Source: Thermoplasmatota archaeon
Lineage (GTDB): Archaea > Thermoplasmatota > Penumbrarchaeia > JANQNL01
Assembly: GCA_028279585.1 (NCBI GenBank)
Contig: JANQNL010000166.1
Span: 27-64,026 of the forward strand
Direction of reading: 5' to 3'
Length of the DNA: 64,000 nt
Shown piece by piece: positions 1 through 8,866 of this stretch. Under the pieces are notes generated by a model. It searched no databases, had not been told where the DNA came from, and worked only from the letters and a program-made list of their open reading frames with translations. The position numbers were made by a program, and so were the translations under genes. Position 1 is the first letter of the stretch. Each line of letters opens with the position of its first letter.

Positions 1-56
1 GGAGAGGCACGAGCCAGAGGTCGAAGTCGGGTGGGGGGGTTGGGAGGGGGTGGGGG
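1..56 (+). repeat. G-run-rich element, weak or partial copy at the window edge
   Basis: CGAGCCAG is followed by GGGTGGGGGGGTTGGGAGGGGGTGGGGGTGGGCCG. It shares the CGAGCCAG 8-mer and G-run organisation with the copies at 27588 and 41568. Confidence 0.4.
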
Positions 57-125
57 TGGGCCGCCCCCATTGCATAATCCCATCATGGACAAACCACCTA
101 TACGACCAGTGCATTCCCCCCATCC

Positions 126-806
126 ATGGTAGAGGCTGTAGCTTTCGACCTGTTCGACACACTCATTATCGGGCTCAACAGAGAGAAGTACCACGTTCTC
201 ATCGACCACATCGCCCAGGTCATGCAGGCAGACCCAAAGGCCATCCGTGAAGCATGGTTGCCTACACAGCCAGACAGGATGATAGGGGCGAACGGTTCGG
301 TCCTGGCTGACATCGAAAAGATCGCCATGTACGCTGGCTTCAAACCATCGAAGGACCTGCTGGAAGAAGCAGCGAGCATCAAGACCGGATACTTCAGAGA
401 TCATCTGGTCCCAAGACCTGGAGCGATCGAGGCCATCGACGCCATCCGGGCCAAAGGCAAGAAGGTCTCATGTCTAACCAACTGCAGCAAGGACATCGAG
501 GACCTCTGGCCAAAAAGTGCGTTCCATGGTATCTTCGACGATGTGGTATTCTCAAGCGATGTTGGCCTTGCCAAACCCGACCCCGAGATATACCGCATAG
601 CTGCAGAAAGGCTTGGCCTGAGTCCAGAGCAGGTCCTTTTCGTCGGTGATGGTGCCAATCATGAACTGACAGGAGCAAAGAAGGCCAACATGCCTGCGCT
701 CATGCTCACCAACGATTACATCCCAGTCGCAGTAACACGAGAAACAGATTGGGAGCACAAGGTGTCCGACCTTCGTCAGGTCGCAGACTTTATGGACAGG
801 TTCTGA
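126..806 (+). CDS. HAD-superfamily hydrolase, subfamily IA (haloacid-dehalogenase-like)
   Basis: 226-aa ORF. HAD motif I VAFDLFDTLI lies at the N-terminus. Motif II is VSCLTNCS, the motif III Lys is in GLAKPDPEIY, and motif IV is FVGDGANHELTGA. Confidence 0.8.
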   Translation: MVEAVAFDLFDTLIIGLNREKYHVLIDHIAQVMQADPKAIREAWLPTQPDRMIGANGSVLADIEKIAMYAGFKPSKDLLEEAASIKTGYFRDHLVPRPGAIEAIDAIRAKGKKVSCLTNCSKDIEDLWPKSAFHGIFDDVVFSSDVGLAKPDPEIYRIAAERLGLSPEQVLFVGDGANHELTGAKKANMPALMLTNDYIPVAVTRETDWEHKVSDLRQVADFMDRF

Positions 807-854
807 ATCCCAACCGTGCATAAATGGTGCATCTTTGAGGTTCAAGATACCGCA

Positions 855-866
855 TTTTATATATAT
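855..866 (+). promoter_or_regulatory. TATA-like box upstream of the zinc-ribbon/SAMP/AMMECR1/pyrC gene string
   Basis: TTTTATATATAT sits in a 120-bp AT-rich spacer about 90 nt upstream of ATG 956. Confidence 0.4.
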
Positions 867-955
867 CCACTTCATAATATGTTCGAACATCGGTCCTAGA
901 GTGAGGTCACATCTGGTCCATACGTTTGAACACAACACCTGTCCGAGGGGTCAGA

Positions 956-1819
956 ATGAGCGTTCCATGTCCAAAGTGTAAGAACGAGGTATACAGACCT
1001 TATACGAAATGTTCAGCCTGTGGCTGGGAGGCAACAGGCAAGTGGAAGGACAAAGCTAGAAAGCTTGTCGAGAAAGAGGATGCTGATAAGGAAAAGCAGG
1101 CAGATGAGATCCGCAAAAGGCGTGAAAAACGCCTTGCCGAGAAACGGAAGGAGCGCGGTGAACCTCCAATTGCTGCAGAATCCAGCAAGAAGAAGAAGTA
1201 TCCAGACATCGATGTCGATGCTATCGAAGATGATGAGTTCGAAGATATCTTCGGACCCATGGACGACGATGATGACGACTTCGATGACGATTATGTTCCT
1301 ATCGTTATCCCCTGCAAGTGTGGGGGAGAGATCCTTGTGGAGACGCCACTTCGACCGACCAGGGTCAAGTGCCCAAGCTGCGGAAAGGGTGGGACACTGA
1401 AAAAGGACCCACCGAACGCACGGAAGGTGAAGCCTGGCTCCAGGTCCAAACCATCCAAGCCTGCAAAGAAGGGCAAGAACGCCTGTCCTGTCTGTGGGGT
1501 CAAGAACAAGGGTGGAAGGTTCTGTCATAGTTGTGGTGCATCCCTCAAGCAGAGCGCACGAGCAGCTTCTGGTGTAAAGAAACCGACACAGGGAATCTGT
1601 TCCGAATGTGGGAACAAGCGGCTGGACTTCTTCGACGATGGAACAGGTAACTGCCCCAAGTGCGGACATTCGTTCCGCTGGGACCTCCATGTTGCTAATA
1701 AATCAGAACCACCTCCACCACCACCGCCAAAGAACAAGTGCAGTAAATGTGGAGCACCGCTGAAGTACGTCAAGCAGTACAAGAGGTATTACTGCCATTC
1801 ATGCAAGAAATATGATTGA
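956..1819 (+). CDS. soluble multi-zinc-ribbon protein (five CxxC..CxxC units) with Lys-rich, poly-Asp and poly-Pro linkers
   Basis: The ORF track starts at TTG 926, but the first ATG (956) follows GAGG at 945-948. Five zinc-ribbon units are present: CPKC..CSAC, CKCG..CPSC, CPVC..CHSC, CSEC..CPKC and CSKC..CHSC. There is no TM segment. The protein ends ...YYCHSCKKYD. Confidence 0.6.
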   Translation: MSVPCPKCKNEVYRPYTKCSACGWEATGKWKDKARKLVEKEDADKEKQADEIRKRREKRLAEKRKERGEPPIAAESSKKKKYPDIDVDAIEDDEFEDIFGPMDDDDDDFDDDYVPIVIPCKCGGEILVETPLRPTRVKCPSCGKGGTLKKDPPNARKVKPGSRSKPSKPAKKGKNACPVCGVKNKGGRFCHSCGASLKQSARAASGVKKPTQGICSECGNKRLDFFDDGTGNCPKCGHSFRWDLHVANKSEPPPPPPPKNKCSKCGAPLKYVKQYKRYYCHSCKKYD

Positions 1820-1830
1820 GGTCACAGAAG

Positions 1831-2055
1831 ATGCTAGTCCGTCAGAACAAGATAAGTGTCACGATCTCCATGGTCGGGGACCTGGACAGAGAGGTGTCCA
1901 CCGAGCCCGGCTTCAGGATCGAGGACGTTCTGCGGACCATCAATCTTTTCCCAGACGGTTTCGTTGCGATAACAGAGGGGCATCCAGTTCCCATGGACAC
2001 ACCGGTCCATGACGGAATGAGGATCAAGCTCATCAAAGTAGCATCGGGGGGATAG
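1831..2055 (+). CDS. ubiquitin-like beta-grasp protein (ThiS/MoaD/SAMP family) with free C-terminal Gly-Gly
   Basis: 74 aa from ATG 1831, with GAGGT 9 nt upstream (the ORF track starts at TTG 1816). The C-terminus ...DGMRIKLIKVASGG-stop matches the ThiS/MoaD/SAMP pattern. The gene abuts the zinc-ribbon gene upstream and AMMECR1 downstream. Confidence 0.7.
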   Translation: MLVRQNKISVTISMVGDLDREVSTEPGFRIEDVLRTINLFPDGFVAITEGHPVPMDTPVHDGMRIKLIKVASGG

Positions 2056-2056
2056 G

Positions 2057-2650
2057 ATGTATACAGTTGAGGACGGAGAGTTCGCCATCAAGGCTGCAAG
2101 GCAGGTCCTTGAGACCTATCTAAACAATGGCAAGGTCCCAAAGATCATGTTCCCAAAGAAGTTCAAGCAGGAAGGTGGAGTGTTCGTTACCCTCCACAAA
2201 TATCCATCCAATGACCTTCGTGGATGCATCGGGTTCCCAGAGCCCATCTTTGCACTGAAGAAGGCCATTCCGGAAGCTGCTGTCGCAGCCGCAACCAAGG
2301 ACCCAAGGTTCCCACCGATGAAGCTCAAGGAATTGAGCAAGGTGATAATCGAGGTCTCGCTGCTGACACCACCACAGGTCATCAGGGTCAAAGACCCGGA
2401 TAAGTTGCCGGATGCCATAGCCGTTGGAAGGGATGGGCTTATAGCATCCATGGGATTCAGCCGTGGTCTTCTCCTTCCACAGGTCCCTGTGGAACAGGGT
2501 TGGGACGCTGAGATGTTCCTTTCACACACCTGCCTCAAAGCAGGCATCCCACCGGAGAGGTGGAGGACAGGCAAGGTCCAGTTCGAGGCCTTCCAGGCCA
2601 AGGTATTTACAGAATCCAAACCCAAAGGTCTTATCAAAGAGAAGATGTAG
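2057..2650 (+). CDS. AMMECR1 domain protein
   Basis: 197 aa. AMMECR1 hallmarks LRGCIGFPEP and TKDPRFPP are present. The start lies 2 nt after the upstream stop. Confidence 0.85.
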   Translation: MYTVEDGEFAIKAARQVLETYLNNGKVPKIMFPKKFKQEGGVFVTLHKYPSNDLRGCIGFPEPIFALKKAIPEAAVAAATKDPRFPPMKLKELSKVIIEVSLLTPPQVIRVKDPDKLPDAIAVGRDGLIASMGFSRGLLLPQVPVEQGWDAEMFLSHTCLKAGIPPERWRTGKVQFEAFQAKVFTESKPKGLIKEKM

Positions 2651-2658
2651 GTGGACAA

Positions 2659-3978
2659 GTGTACGACCTCATAGTCTCTGGCAACACCTTCCTGGCCGGG
2701 GGGCCAAGGAGCTGCGATATCGGTATTCTTGATGGTAGGATCGAGGCTGTTAAAGGACATATTGACAGGGTTGGGACCCTACCTCGGAAGGTCGTGCTTT
2801 CCAGAGGGATGCTCGTTCCTGGTGGTATCGACGCGCACGTCCACTTCAGGACCCCTGGTTTTCCAGATAAGGCTAACATCTCCACAGAGAGCGAAGCTGC
2901 TGTTCGGGGAGGGACATGCACTGTCCTGGACATGCCGAACACTGATCCTCCAACAACCTGTTCTTCCGAGGTCGCATCAAAGCTGGACCTGTTCGAAAGG
3001 AGCTCGTATGCGAACTTCGGTACATTCTACGGGCTGACGCCTGGAGCATTGGATGATGAGATCGATGCCAAGAAAGCATTGGACCTGGCTGTCGGGTCCA
3101 AGCTGTTCGTGGCCTCCTCCACAGGGAACCTGCTCGTTGACGATACAAAGCTCCAAAAGAAGCTCATCGATCTTCACAAGAGGTTGGCCCCAGGAAAGAC
3201 TCTCACGGTCCACGCTGAGGACCAACCCATGATCGAGGCGAACAAGAAGCTTCCAAACAACTCCACCGTGGACCACGACCGGAGGCGGCCCGTGGAAGCT
3301 GAAATGATAGCCGTTCAAAACTTCATTTCAATGACCGAGGGGGTAAAGGCGCATATCGCCCACGTGACATCTGGCCAAGTGGTCCCCGTCCTTCGAGGGC
3401 CCGGTGTTACAGCAGAGGTCACACCTCATCACCTGTTCTTGGTCGCCAAGGACATCCTCGATACACGCGGTAAGGTCAACCCCCCCCTACGGTCCACTGA
3501 GGACCAGGATGGACTGTGGAAAGCTATAGTCGATGGTCATATCGACATGGTGGCTTCCGACCACGCACCTCACACCCTTTCAGAGAAGGAGCTGGACTTT
3601 GCGAAGGCACCATCTGGCGTCCCGGGTGTTGGGACCATGGTACCGATGATGTTCGCAGCAGCTGTCCAGCATAGGATAACCATGCCTATGTTCGTTGGTC
3701 TGACATCCATAGGTCCTGCGAAGGTCTACGGCCTGTCACGCAAGGGAGCCATATCCAAAGGGATGGACGCGGACATCGTGGGATTCGACCCGACCAAGCT
3801 TGCCCCCATCGAAGGTCTGGAGCTTGCCCACAAATGTGGATGGACGCCGTTCGAGGGGATGGAAGCTGTGATGCCAAGCATCGTGGTGTGTGGTGGATAC
3901 GAGATGGTGGTGGACGGCGAGTTCCATGGCGAGACCGGGAATGCTCACGACGTAGCACCAAGCATCAAGAGGGAATAG
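2659..3978 (+). CDS. pyrC: dihydroorotase (amidohydrolase superfamily)
   Basis: Metal and substrate motifs are GGIDAHVHFRTPG, VLDMPNTDPP, TVHAED, HIAHVTS, NPPLRS and ASDHAPH. The ORF-track start at 2560 overlaps AMMECR1 by 90 nt. An in-frame GTG at 2659 gives an MYDLIVSG... N-terminus, so the exact start is uncertain. Confidence 0.85.
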   Translation: MYDLIVSGNTFLAGGPRSCDIGILDGRIEAVKGHIDRVGTLPRKVVLSRGMLVPGGIDAHVHFRTPGFPDKANISTESEAAVRGGTCTVLDMPNTDPPTTCSSEVASKLDLFERSSYANFGTFYGLTPGALDDEIDAKKALDLAVGSKLFVASSTGNLLVDDTKLQKKLIDLHKRLAPGKTLTVHAEDQPMIEANKKLPNNSTVDHDRRRPVEAEMIAVQNFISMTEGVKAHIAHVTSGQVVPVLRGPGVTAEVTPHHLFLVAKDILDTRGKVNPPLRSTEDQDGLWKAIVDGHIDMVASDHAPHTLSEKELDFAKAPSGVPGVGTMVPMMFAAAVQHRITMPMFVGLTSIGPAKVYGLSRKGAISKGMDADIVGFDPTKLAPIEGLELAHKCGWTPFEGMEAVMPSIVVCGGYEMVVDGEFHGETGNAHDVAPSIKRE

Positions 3979-3979
3979 A

Positions 3980-5038
3980 ATGGGATATGGTGGGACCTTC
4001 GAGCAGTGGTGCAAGTACCAACGCGATGCGCGTTCTCGAGCTTTAAAGCACTCACGCCGAAGGATCGATCCAACAGAACCTATCACGACCTGGAAGGAGA
4101 TCGACAGCCTCGAGGGAAAGAACGTCCAGGCTATGGTTGCCATCCTCAATACACCAGGCTGCACCTGGGCCCGGGGCATAGGCTGCCTGATGTGCGGTTA
4201 CACCAACGACGTCCATGTCCAGGAGCTGACCACTGACCAGTTGAAGCTGCAGATCGAGGTCGTCGCCGGTCGGTCGGCTGGCATGAAGATCATCAAGCTC
4301 TTCGACTCTGGAAGCTTCCTTGACCCGAACGAGGCTGGAAGTGAACCGTGGAGCGCACTCGAACCTTTGGCAGAACTCGAAGAACTGGGGCTTGTCATCA
4401 TCGAGTCCAGACCCAACTTCATGGACAAGGGGTCTCTGCTCAAATGCAAGGAGGCTTTGGGTGATATCAAGCTCGATGTGGCCATCGGTCTGGAATCTGC
4501 GTCCGAGACCATCCTTTACGGCTGTATCAACAAAGGCTTCACGTTCGAGGATTACAAAAAGGCTGCGGAAACAGCAAAAGAGGTCGGTGTGGGAGTGAAG
4601 ACCTACCTCCTCCTGAAGCCTCCTTTCGTCACAGAATGGGGCGCTGTAGAGGATTGCTCAAGATCGGTGGACCTCCTGCTTGACACGGGCCTTACCCAGA
4701 CCATCTCGATAAACCCTGTGAACGTCCAGAACTTCACTGCTGTAGAAGCTCTCTACGAGAGGGGTGCTTATAGGTCTCCCTGGTTATGGAGCGTCCTCGA
4801 GGTCCTGCGAAGGAACGCTGATAAGGCCAATGAGAAGGGTGTCAGGCTAATGTCCTCACCCACAGCTGGGGGAAAGACCAGGGGAGCCCATAACTGTGGG
4901 ACCTGCGACCTGAAGCTTCTCGAGATCATCGAGGTATACTCCCTCGACAACGATCCGGGCCTGCTTGATGTACCCGATTGTGGGTGCAAAGGGGAGTGGG
5001 ATATGCTCATGCAGTTAAGGGATCGGGCTTGGGAGTGA
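3980..5038 (+). CDS. archaea-type radical-SAM protein, RaSEA-like (archaeosine biosynthesis family)
   Basis: 352 aa. It has the Cys cluster TPGCTWARGIGCLMCGY near the N-terminus. The overall layout is recalled from the archaeal TIGR01210/RaSEA family. This is recognition from memory, not a computed match. Confidence 0.55.
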   Translation: MGYGGTFEQWCKYQRDARSRALKHSRRRIDPTEPITTWKEIDSLEGKNVQAMVAILNTPGCTWARGIGCLMCGYTNDVHVQELTTDQLKLQIEVVAGRSAGMKIIKLFDSGSFLDPNEAGSEPWSALEPLAELEELGLVIIESRPNFMDKGSLLKCKEALGDIKLDVAIGLESASETILYGCINKGFTFEDYKKAAETAKEVGVGVKTYLLLKPPFVTEWGAVEDCSRSVDLLLDTGLTQTISINPVNVQNFTAVEALYERGAYRSPWLWSVLEVLRRNADKANEKGVRLMSSPTAGGKTRGAHNCGTCDLKLLEIIEVYSLDNDPGLLDVPDCGCKGEWDMLMQLRDRAWE

Positions 5039-5048
5039 ACGATCGGAG

Positions 5049-5152
5049 CAGATCTCCGAAACTGACTCCAAAGGATCGATATCCCGAAGTTCCGGTAACA
5101 TCTGATAACAGGTTCGGGATATCGACACCTCTTCCTCTTTTTCGGAGATCTG
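5049..5152 (+). repeat. nested inverted repeats (outer 13-bp and inner 12-bp stems) just after the RaSEA-like gene
   Basis: The outer stem pairs CAGATCTCCGAAA (5049-5061) with TTTCGGAGATCTG (5140-5152). The inner stem pairs CGATATCCCGAA (5077-5088) with TTCGGGATATCG (5113-5124). A T-run at 5138-5142 precedes the right outer arm. Confidence 0.6.
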
Positions 5153-5376
5153 TGGAGATCGGTCACTATCGAGTTGGAAAGTTCAAAAAAGAAGAAGAGG
5201 TCCCTATAAGCTCCCCCGACATAATCATCTCGACCTCTCGATGATGAAAAGGGTTCCTTTCGGCATAACAGGCGTACTTTCTAGTTTCCGCAACGCGCGC
5301 GTATATAACTGCGTAATACATCCAGAGCTTTAGAACAAACATTTTATACAATTATATCCTTGTAGCCGCCGGTACC

Positions 5377-5784
5377 ATGTCTGCAGACGACATGATACGC
5401 TGCACCAAGTGTGGGCGTCAGGTAGAAGACACCAAGGCCGAGTCGATAATGTGCCGCTATTGTGGGCATGTCTTCAGGCGAATGGATGTCATACGGCAGG
5501 ATGAGGAGGAGCTCAAGGCGAAAATGCTTGTCGAGCTCACCTACACCATGAAGCTTTTCAAGACCTTCAGGAACATAGCGATAGGAGCAGGCATAGCCCT
5601 GATAGTCCTATCTGTAGCGTTCCTCTTTGCTGCCGAAGTCACACCCATTCCCTTCATGCTCATGGGCCTGTTCATCGTAGGCGGTGTTGTGTGGATAATC
5701 ATAGGGGCCGTGTTCGCAAAGAAGTATGCGGACAGTCATAGCAAGCAGTTCGACCTTACAGAAGGAAGGAAGCTGTTGCAGTAG
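5377..5784 (+). CDS. small membrane protein with N-terminal zinc ribbon
   Basis: 135 aa. A zinc ribbon CTKCG..x..CRYCGHVF is followed by two hydrophobic helices (IAIGAGIALIVLSVAFLFAA and FMLMGLFIVGGVVWIIIGAVF). Confidence 0.55.
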   Translation: MSADDMIRCTKCGRQVEDTKAESIMCRYCGHVFRRMDVIRQDEEELKAKMLVELTYTMKLFKTFRNIAIGAGIALIVLSVAFLFAAEVTPIPFMLMGLFIVGGVVWIIIGAVFAKKYADSHSKQFDLTEGRKLLQ

Positions 5785-5785
5785 G

Positions 5786-8700
5786 ATGGTGGTCACAGTG
5801 TTGGCAAAGAGACTACTGGTATTGGGGTTAGTAGCAGTGATGATGCTCGTATGTCTGGGGATCACGTCAAGTGACACAGGCACGGAGGGACTGGTCGATA
5901 CAGCTCCCGCTACACGAGCGGACGAACTGGTATTGGACAACGCACAGCTTACAGTGACTTCGAACAAGGTGTACACATCTATCACGATGTTGAACCAGAG
6001 CCAGCTCACCATTAAGGGAACCACCGTTCTCGTCTATGGTGAAGTTGTCATCCTGGGTACATCCGAGTTCAAGGTGGAGCAGTCCACGGTCACCCTTAAG
6101 GGTGGTTCGTTGATAGCTAACTGCGCAAAGTTCAAGCTCGTCGATTCAGAGATCATCGTCAAGAACGAGACCACTCCGGATGGTGGGTCAAAAAGCGCTG
6201 GAGCTGGTGAGGATGGATACGATTCGTCCTTCCAGGTCAAGTGCAACAAGGACAACATCGCCTTTACGAACTCGATAATCCGCATCGAGGGATCCAAGGG
6301 CGGGACCGGCATGGGCGTTGGTCACGGTGGAGAAGGAGGTTATGCCTCCTGCGGCATCGAGACCGATGACAATGGCCTTTACAAGATCTCCATGGACGAC
6401 TCGACCATAAAGCTAACAGCTGGAAAGGGTGGGGACAGCGGTTCCGGGGCCTCCGACAAGGCAGGCGACGGCGGCGACTGTTACTTCAACATCCGGTCGT
6501 TCAACAAGGTCGAGATCTCCAACACGGAGATCAACTGCTCTGCAGGTCAGTCCGGCGAGAAGACCGGCCAGGGCTCTTACGGTATCAACGGTGAGAGCAT
6601 GGAGGTCAAGATCGAGGCCGATGACGATATCATCGTCGACAACGGTCTAGACGAGTATTCAACGTTCTGGAGCAAGGGTGGAAGTTACACGTCTGACCTT
6701 GACATCTTCGTCGAGGGTAACTCCCAGTTCAAGTTCCTTTCCGGTAAGTCCATCATCATGGACGAGAACAAACAGTTCGAGAACGAATACTACATTCTCA
6801 CGAACATAACGGCAAAGACCGTTTACATGGAGGCCGAGGAAGAGGGATTCCTTTACAATGTTGCCATAAACAACCCCTCTGGTTCACCTAAGACCAACGG
6901 CGACACCATCAATGTCTACTGGTGGCTCTATGTGAGCGTCTACGACAACAGCGGCCAGGCACTGGAGAACGCTGATGTCACCGTCTATTACGCTTCCAAC
7001 GACCAGGAGGTCGACTCTGACAAGACCGACTCCGATGGTCTGATGTATATGCTTCTGAAGGCCGCTGTGGCAACCACCACAACGACCCAGATCATATACG
7101 ACATCGAGGTATCCACAAGGGGTATCACAGAGATGAGGTCCAACAGGGCGCTCTACACCAACACCCTGGTGGAGTTCCCGATCAAGCTCGTTTCCGTTGA
7201 GTTCACATCCATCCAGAGCCAGACCCCCGCATGGGGCATGACCGTAGGTGGAATGTGTGTTATCCGCGGAACTGCATCCCCACCTCCTGTGGAGGATTCG
7301 CACATCAGTCTGGTGACTGTCAAGATCGACGGGACCCCGATGAAGGTCGTCCAGGACGGGGAAGCCCCAGACGCATACTCTGCATGGCATGTGGATTGGG
7401 ACACCACCGATGAGGCCGAGGGAATGCACGAGATAATCATCTGGGCCTCCGATGGTAACTTCAACTCCGAGACATCCATCAATGTGACCGTCAACCAGGA
7501 TGCCGTGAACCATCTTCCAGAGATAGTATCGGTATCCATTCCACAGGCACCGAAGGGCGAGCTCAAGGTTTCACCAGATTCCAAGATCTACGTCAACGGG
7601 ACCTGCACCGATGAGGACTTCGACTCTGATGGTATTACACAGGGTAAGGGTGTCTCGAAGGTCGTCGTTATGATCTTCGACCAGTATGACTTCCTTCTCC
7701 ACAGGGGTGAGACAAATGCCCAGGAGAAGACCATCGACACATGGACCTTCTCTTACAGGTGGGACGTGAAGAAGAAGAACGGCGATGGTTCTTTGATGTT
7801 CGATGATGGGACCTACAAGGTCTACGCCTTCGCTGTGGACAATGGAAATCCACAGCTGATGTCCCTGAACAATTCTGATGACTCGAACATGGAAGAGGTC
7901 ATCATAACCCATATCCAGTGGCCCAAGCTCATCGTTCAGTACGAGGGCGATACCATCGGCGAGACCCTCACGGTCACAACTGGAAAGGGCGACACCAGTA
8001 TCACCATCCTCTTCGACGCTTCGAACAGCTACGACCCGAACGGGCCGAACTACAAAGAGGGCGTCACAGGCTCCTACTCACAGGACCTTCTCTACTATTG
8101 GCTCATAGCCAAGCAGGGGAAGGACCCAGAGTCCCAGAGCTCAACGAACACGAACAAGATCATAACACTGGAATACACGTTCGAGTTCGCAGCAGCCGAG
8201 GAAGAGAAGGAGACCCGGACCACATACGATATCACACTTACCATCGAAGATGCTGAAGGACTTCGAAAGACCCAGACCTTCACTTTGGTCATCAACATCA
8301 TAGGACCTGACAAGCAGGCTGAGATGCCATTGGTCGCCATTACTCATATGGCCATACCATTGGCCACTCCTCTGCTGTTCCTTGCAGGTCTTGGTCTCTT
8401 CGTTGCGGTCAACGCCATTGCTGGTGTCGCAATGCTCATCAAGAGGGTCAGGGAGAAGAACACCCTGCAGAAGAGGCTCAAGGGTCTGGAGATCAGGAAG
8501 AAGCTCCGACAGCAGCAGTATGAGAAACGGAAGCAGAAGGACCAGTTCGTGGACTACGAGGCAGGTGCGAAGATGCTTGAACAAGCAGGAACGCCTGATG
8601 TGCTGAAGAACCAGCCTACAGCTGCCGACCAGGCAGCTGCAGCGCAGTTTGCTGCGGATCCGACGGAAAAGGCTGCGTCACCATCACAGCCTACCGGTAC

Positions 8701-8866
8701 TCCACCACCAGCAACACCGCCACCGGCTGCGGGCACTCCTCCAGCAGCTGCAGGTACACCACCTCCAGCGGCAGGAACCCCTCCGGCTGCTCCACCAGCT
8801 GCTCCTGCTCAGAAACCTCCTGCACCTCCAGCGGGAACACCACCTGCACAGCCACCAAAGCAGTGA
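5786..8866 (+). CDS. large surface protein (type I topology) with Gly-rich N-domain, Ig/PKD-like modules, a C-terminal TM and a Pro/Ala-rich tail
   Basis: ATG 5786 lies directly after the upstream stop and gives the signal peptide MVVTVLAKRLLVLGLVAVMMLVCLGITSS. The ORF-track start at 5726 overlaps the upstream gene. Many N-x-S/T sequons are present, plus a PKD-like ILFDASNSYDPNG. The TM is PLLFLAGLGLFVAVNAIAGVAMLI followed by KRVREK. The tail has (G)TPP(A)AA repeats encoded by imperfect tandem DNA repeats at about 8690-8860. Confidence 0.7.
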   Translation: MVVTVLAKRLLVLGLVAVMMLVCLGITSSDTGTEGLVDTAPATRADELVLDNAQLTVTSNKVYTSITMLNQSQLTIKGTTVLVYGEVVILGTSEFKVEQSTVTLKGGSLIANCAKFKLVDSEIIVKNETTPDGGSKSAGAGEDGYDSSFQVKCNKDNIAFTNSIIRIEGSKGGTGMGVGHGGEGGYASCGIETDDNGLYKISMDDSTIKLTAGKGGDSGSGASDKAGDGGDCYFNIRSFNKVEISNTEINCSAGQSGEKTGQGSYGINGESMEVKIEADDDIIVDNGLDEYSTFWSKGGSYTSDLDIFVEGNSQFKFLSGKSIIMDENKQFENEYYILTNITAKTVYMEAEEEGFLYNVAINNPSGSPKTNGDTINVYWWLYVSVYDNSGQALENADVTVYYASNDQEVDSDKTDSDGLMYMLLKAAVATTTTTQIIYDIEVSTRGITEMRSNRALYTNTLVEFPIKLVSVEFTSIQSQTPAWGMTVGGMCVIRGTASPPPVEDSHISLVTVKIDGTPMKVVQDGEAPDAYSAWHVDWDTTDEAEGMHEIIIWASDGNFNSETSINVTVNQDAVNHLPEIVSVSIPQAPKGELKVSPDSKIYVNGTCTDEDFDSDGITQGKGVSKVVVMIFDQYDFLLHRGETNAQEKTIDTWTFSYRWDVKKKNGDGSLMFDDGTYKVYAFAVDNGNPQLMSLNNSDDSNMEEVIITHIQWPKLIVQYEGDTIGETLTVTTGKGDTSITILFDASNSYDPNGPNYKEGVTGSYSQDLLYYWLIAKQGKDPESQSSTNTNKIITLEYTFEFAAAEEEKETRTTYDITLTIEDAEGLRKTQTFTLVINIIGPDKQAEMPLVAITHMAIPLATPLLFLAGLGLFVAVNAIAGVAMLIKRVREKNTLQKRLKGLEIRKKLRQQQYEKRKQKDQFVDYEAGAKMLEQAGTPDVLKNQPTAADQAAAAQFAADPTEKAASPSQPTGTPPPATPPPAAGTPPAAAGTPPPAAGTPPAAPPAAPAQKPPAPPAGTPPAQPPKQ

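Noticed and set aside
50-250. A 66-aa ORF at the window start overlapping the G-rich element
   Set aside because: It is out of frame with, and overlapped by, the well-supported HAD hydrolase gene. Its His/Pro/Arg-rich translation is typical of an off-frame reading.
2560-2658. An N-terminal 33-codon extension of the dihydroorotase ORF, and likewise 5726..5785 and 23573..23620 for the next large genes
   Set aside because: The extensions overlap the 3' ends of well-supported upstream genes. They precede better starts that have RBS-like motifs or yield proper N-termini or signal peptides.
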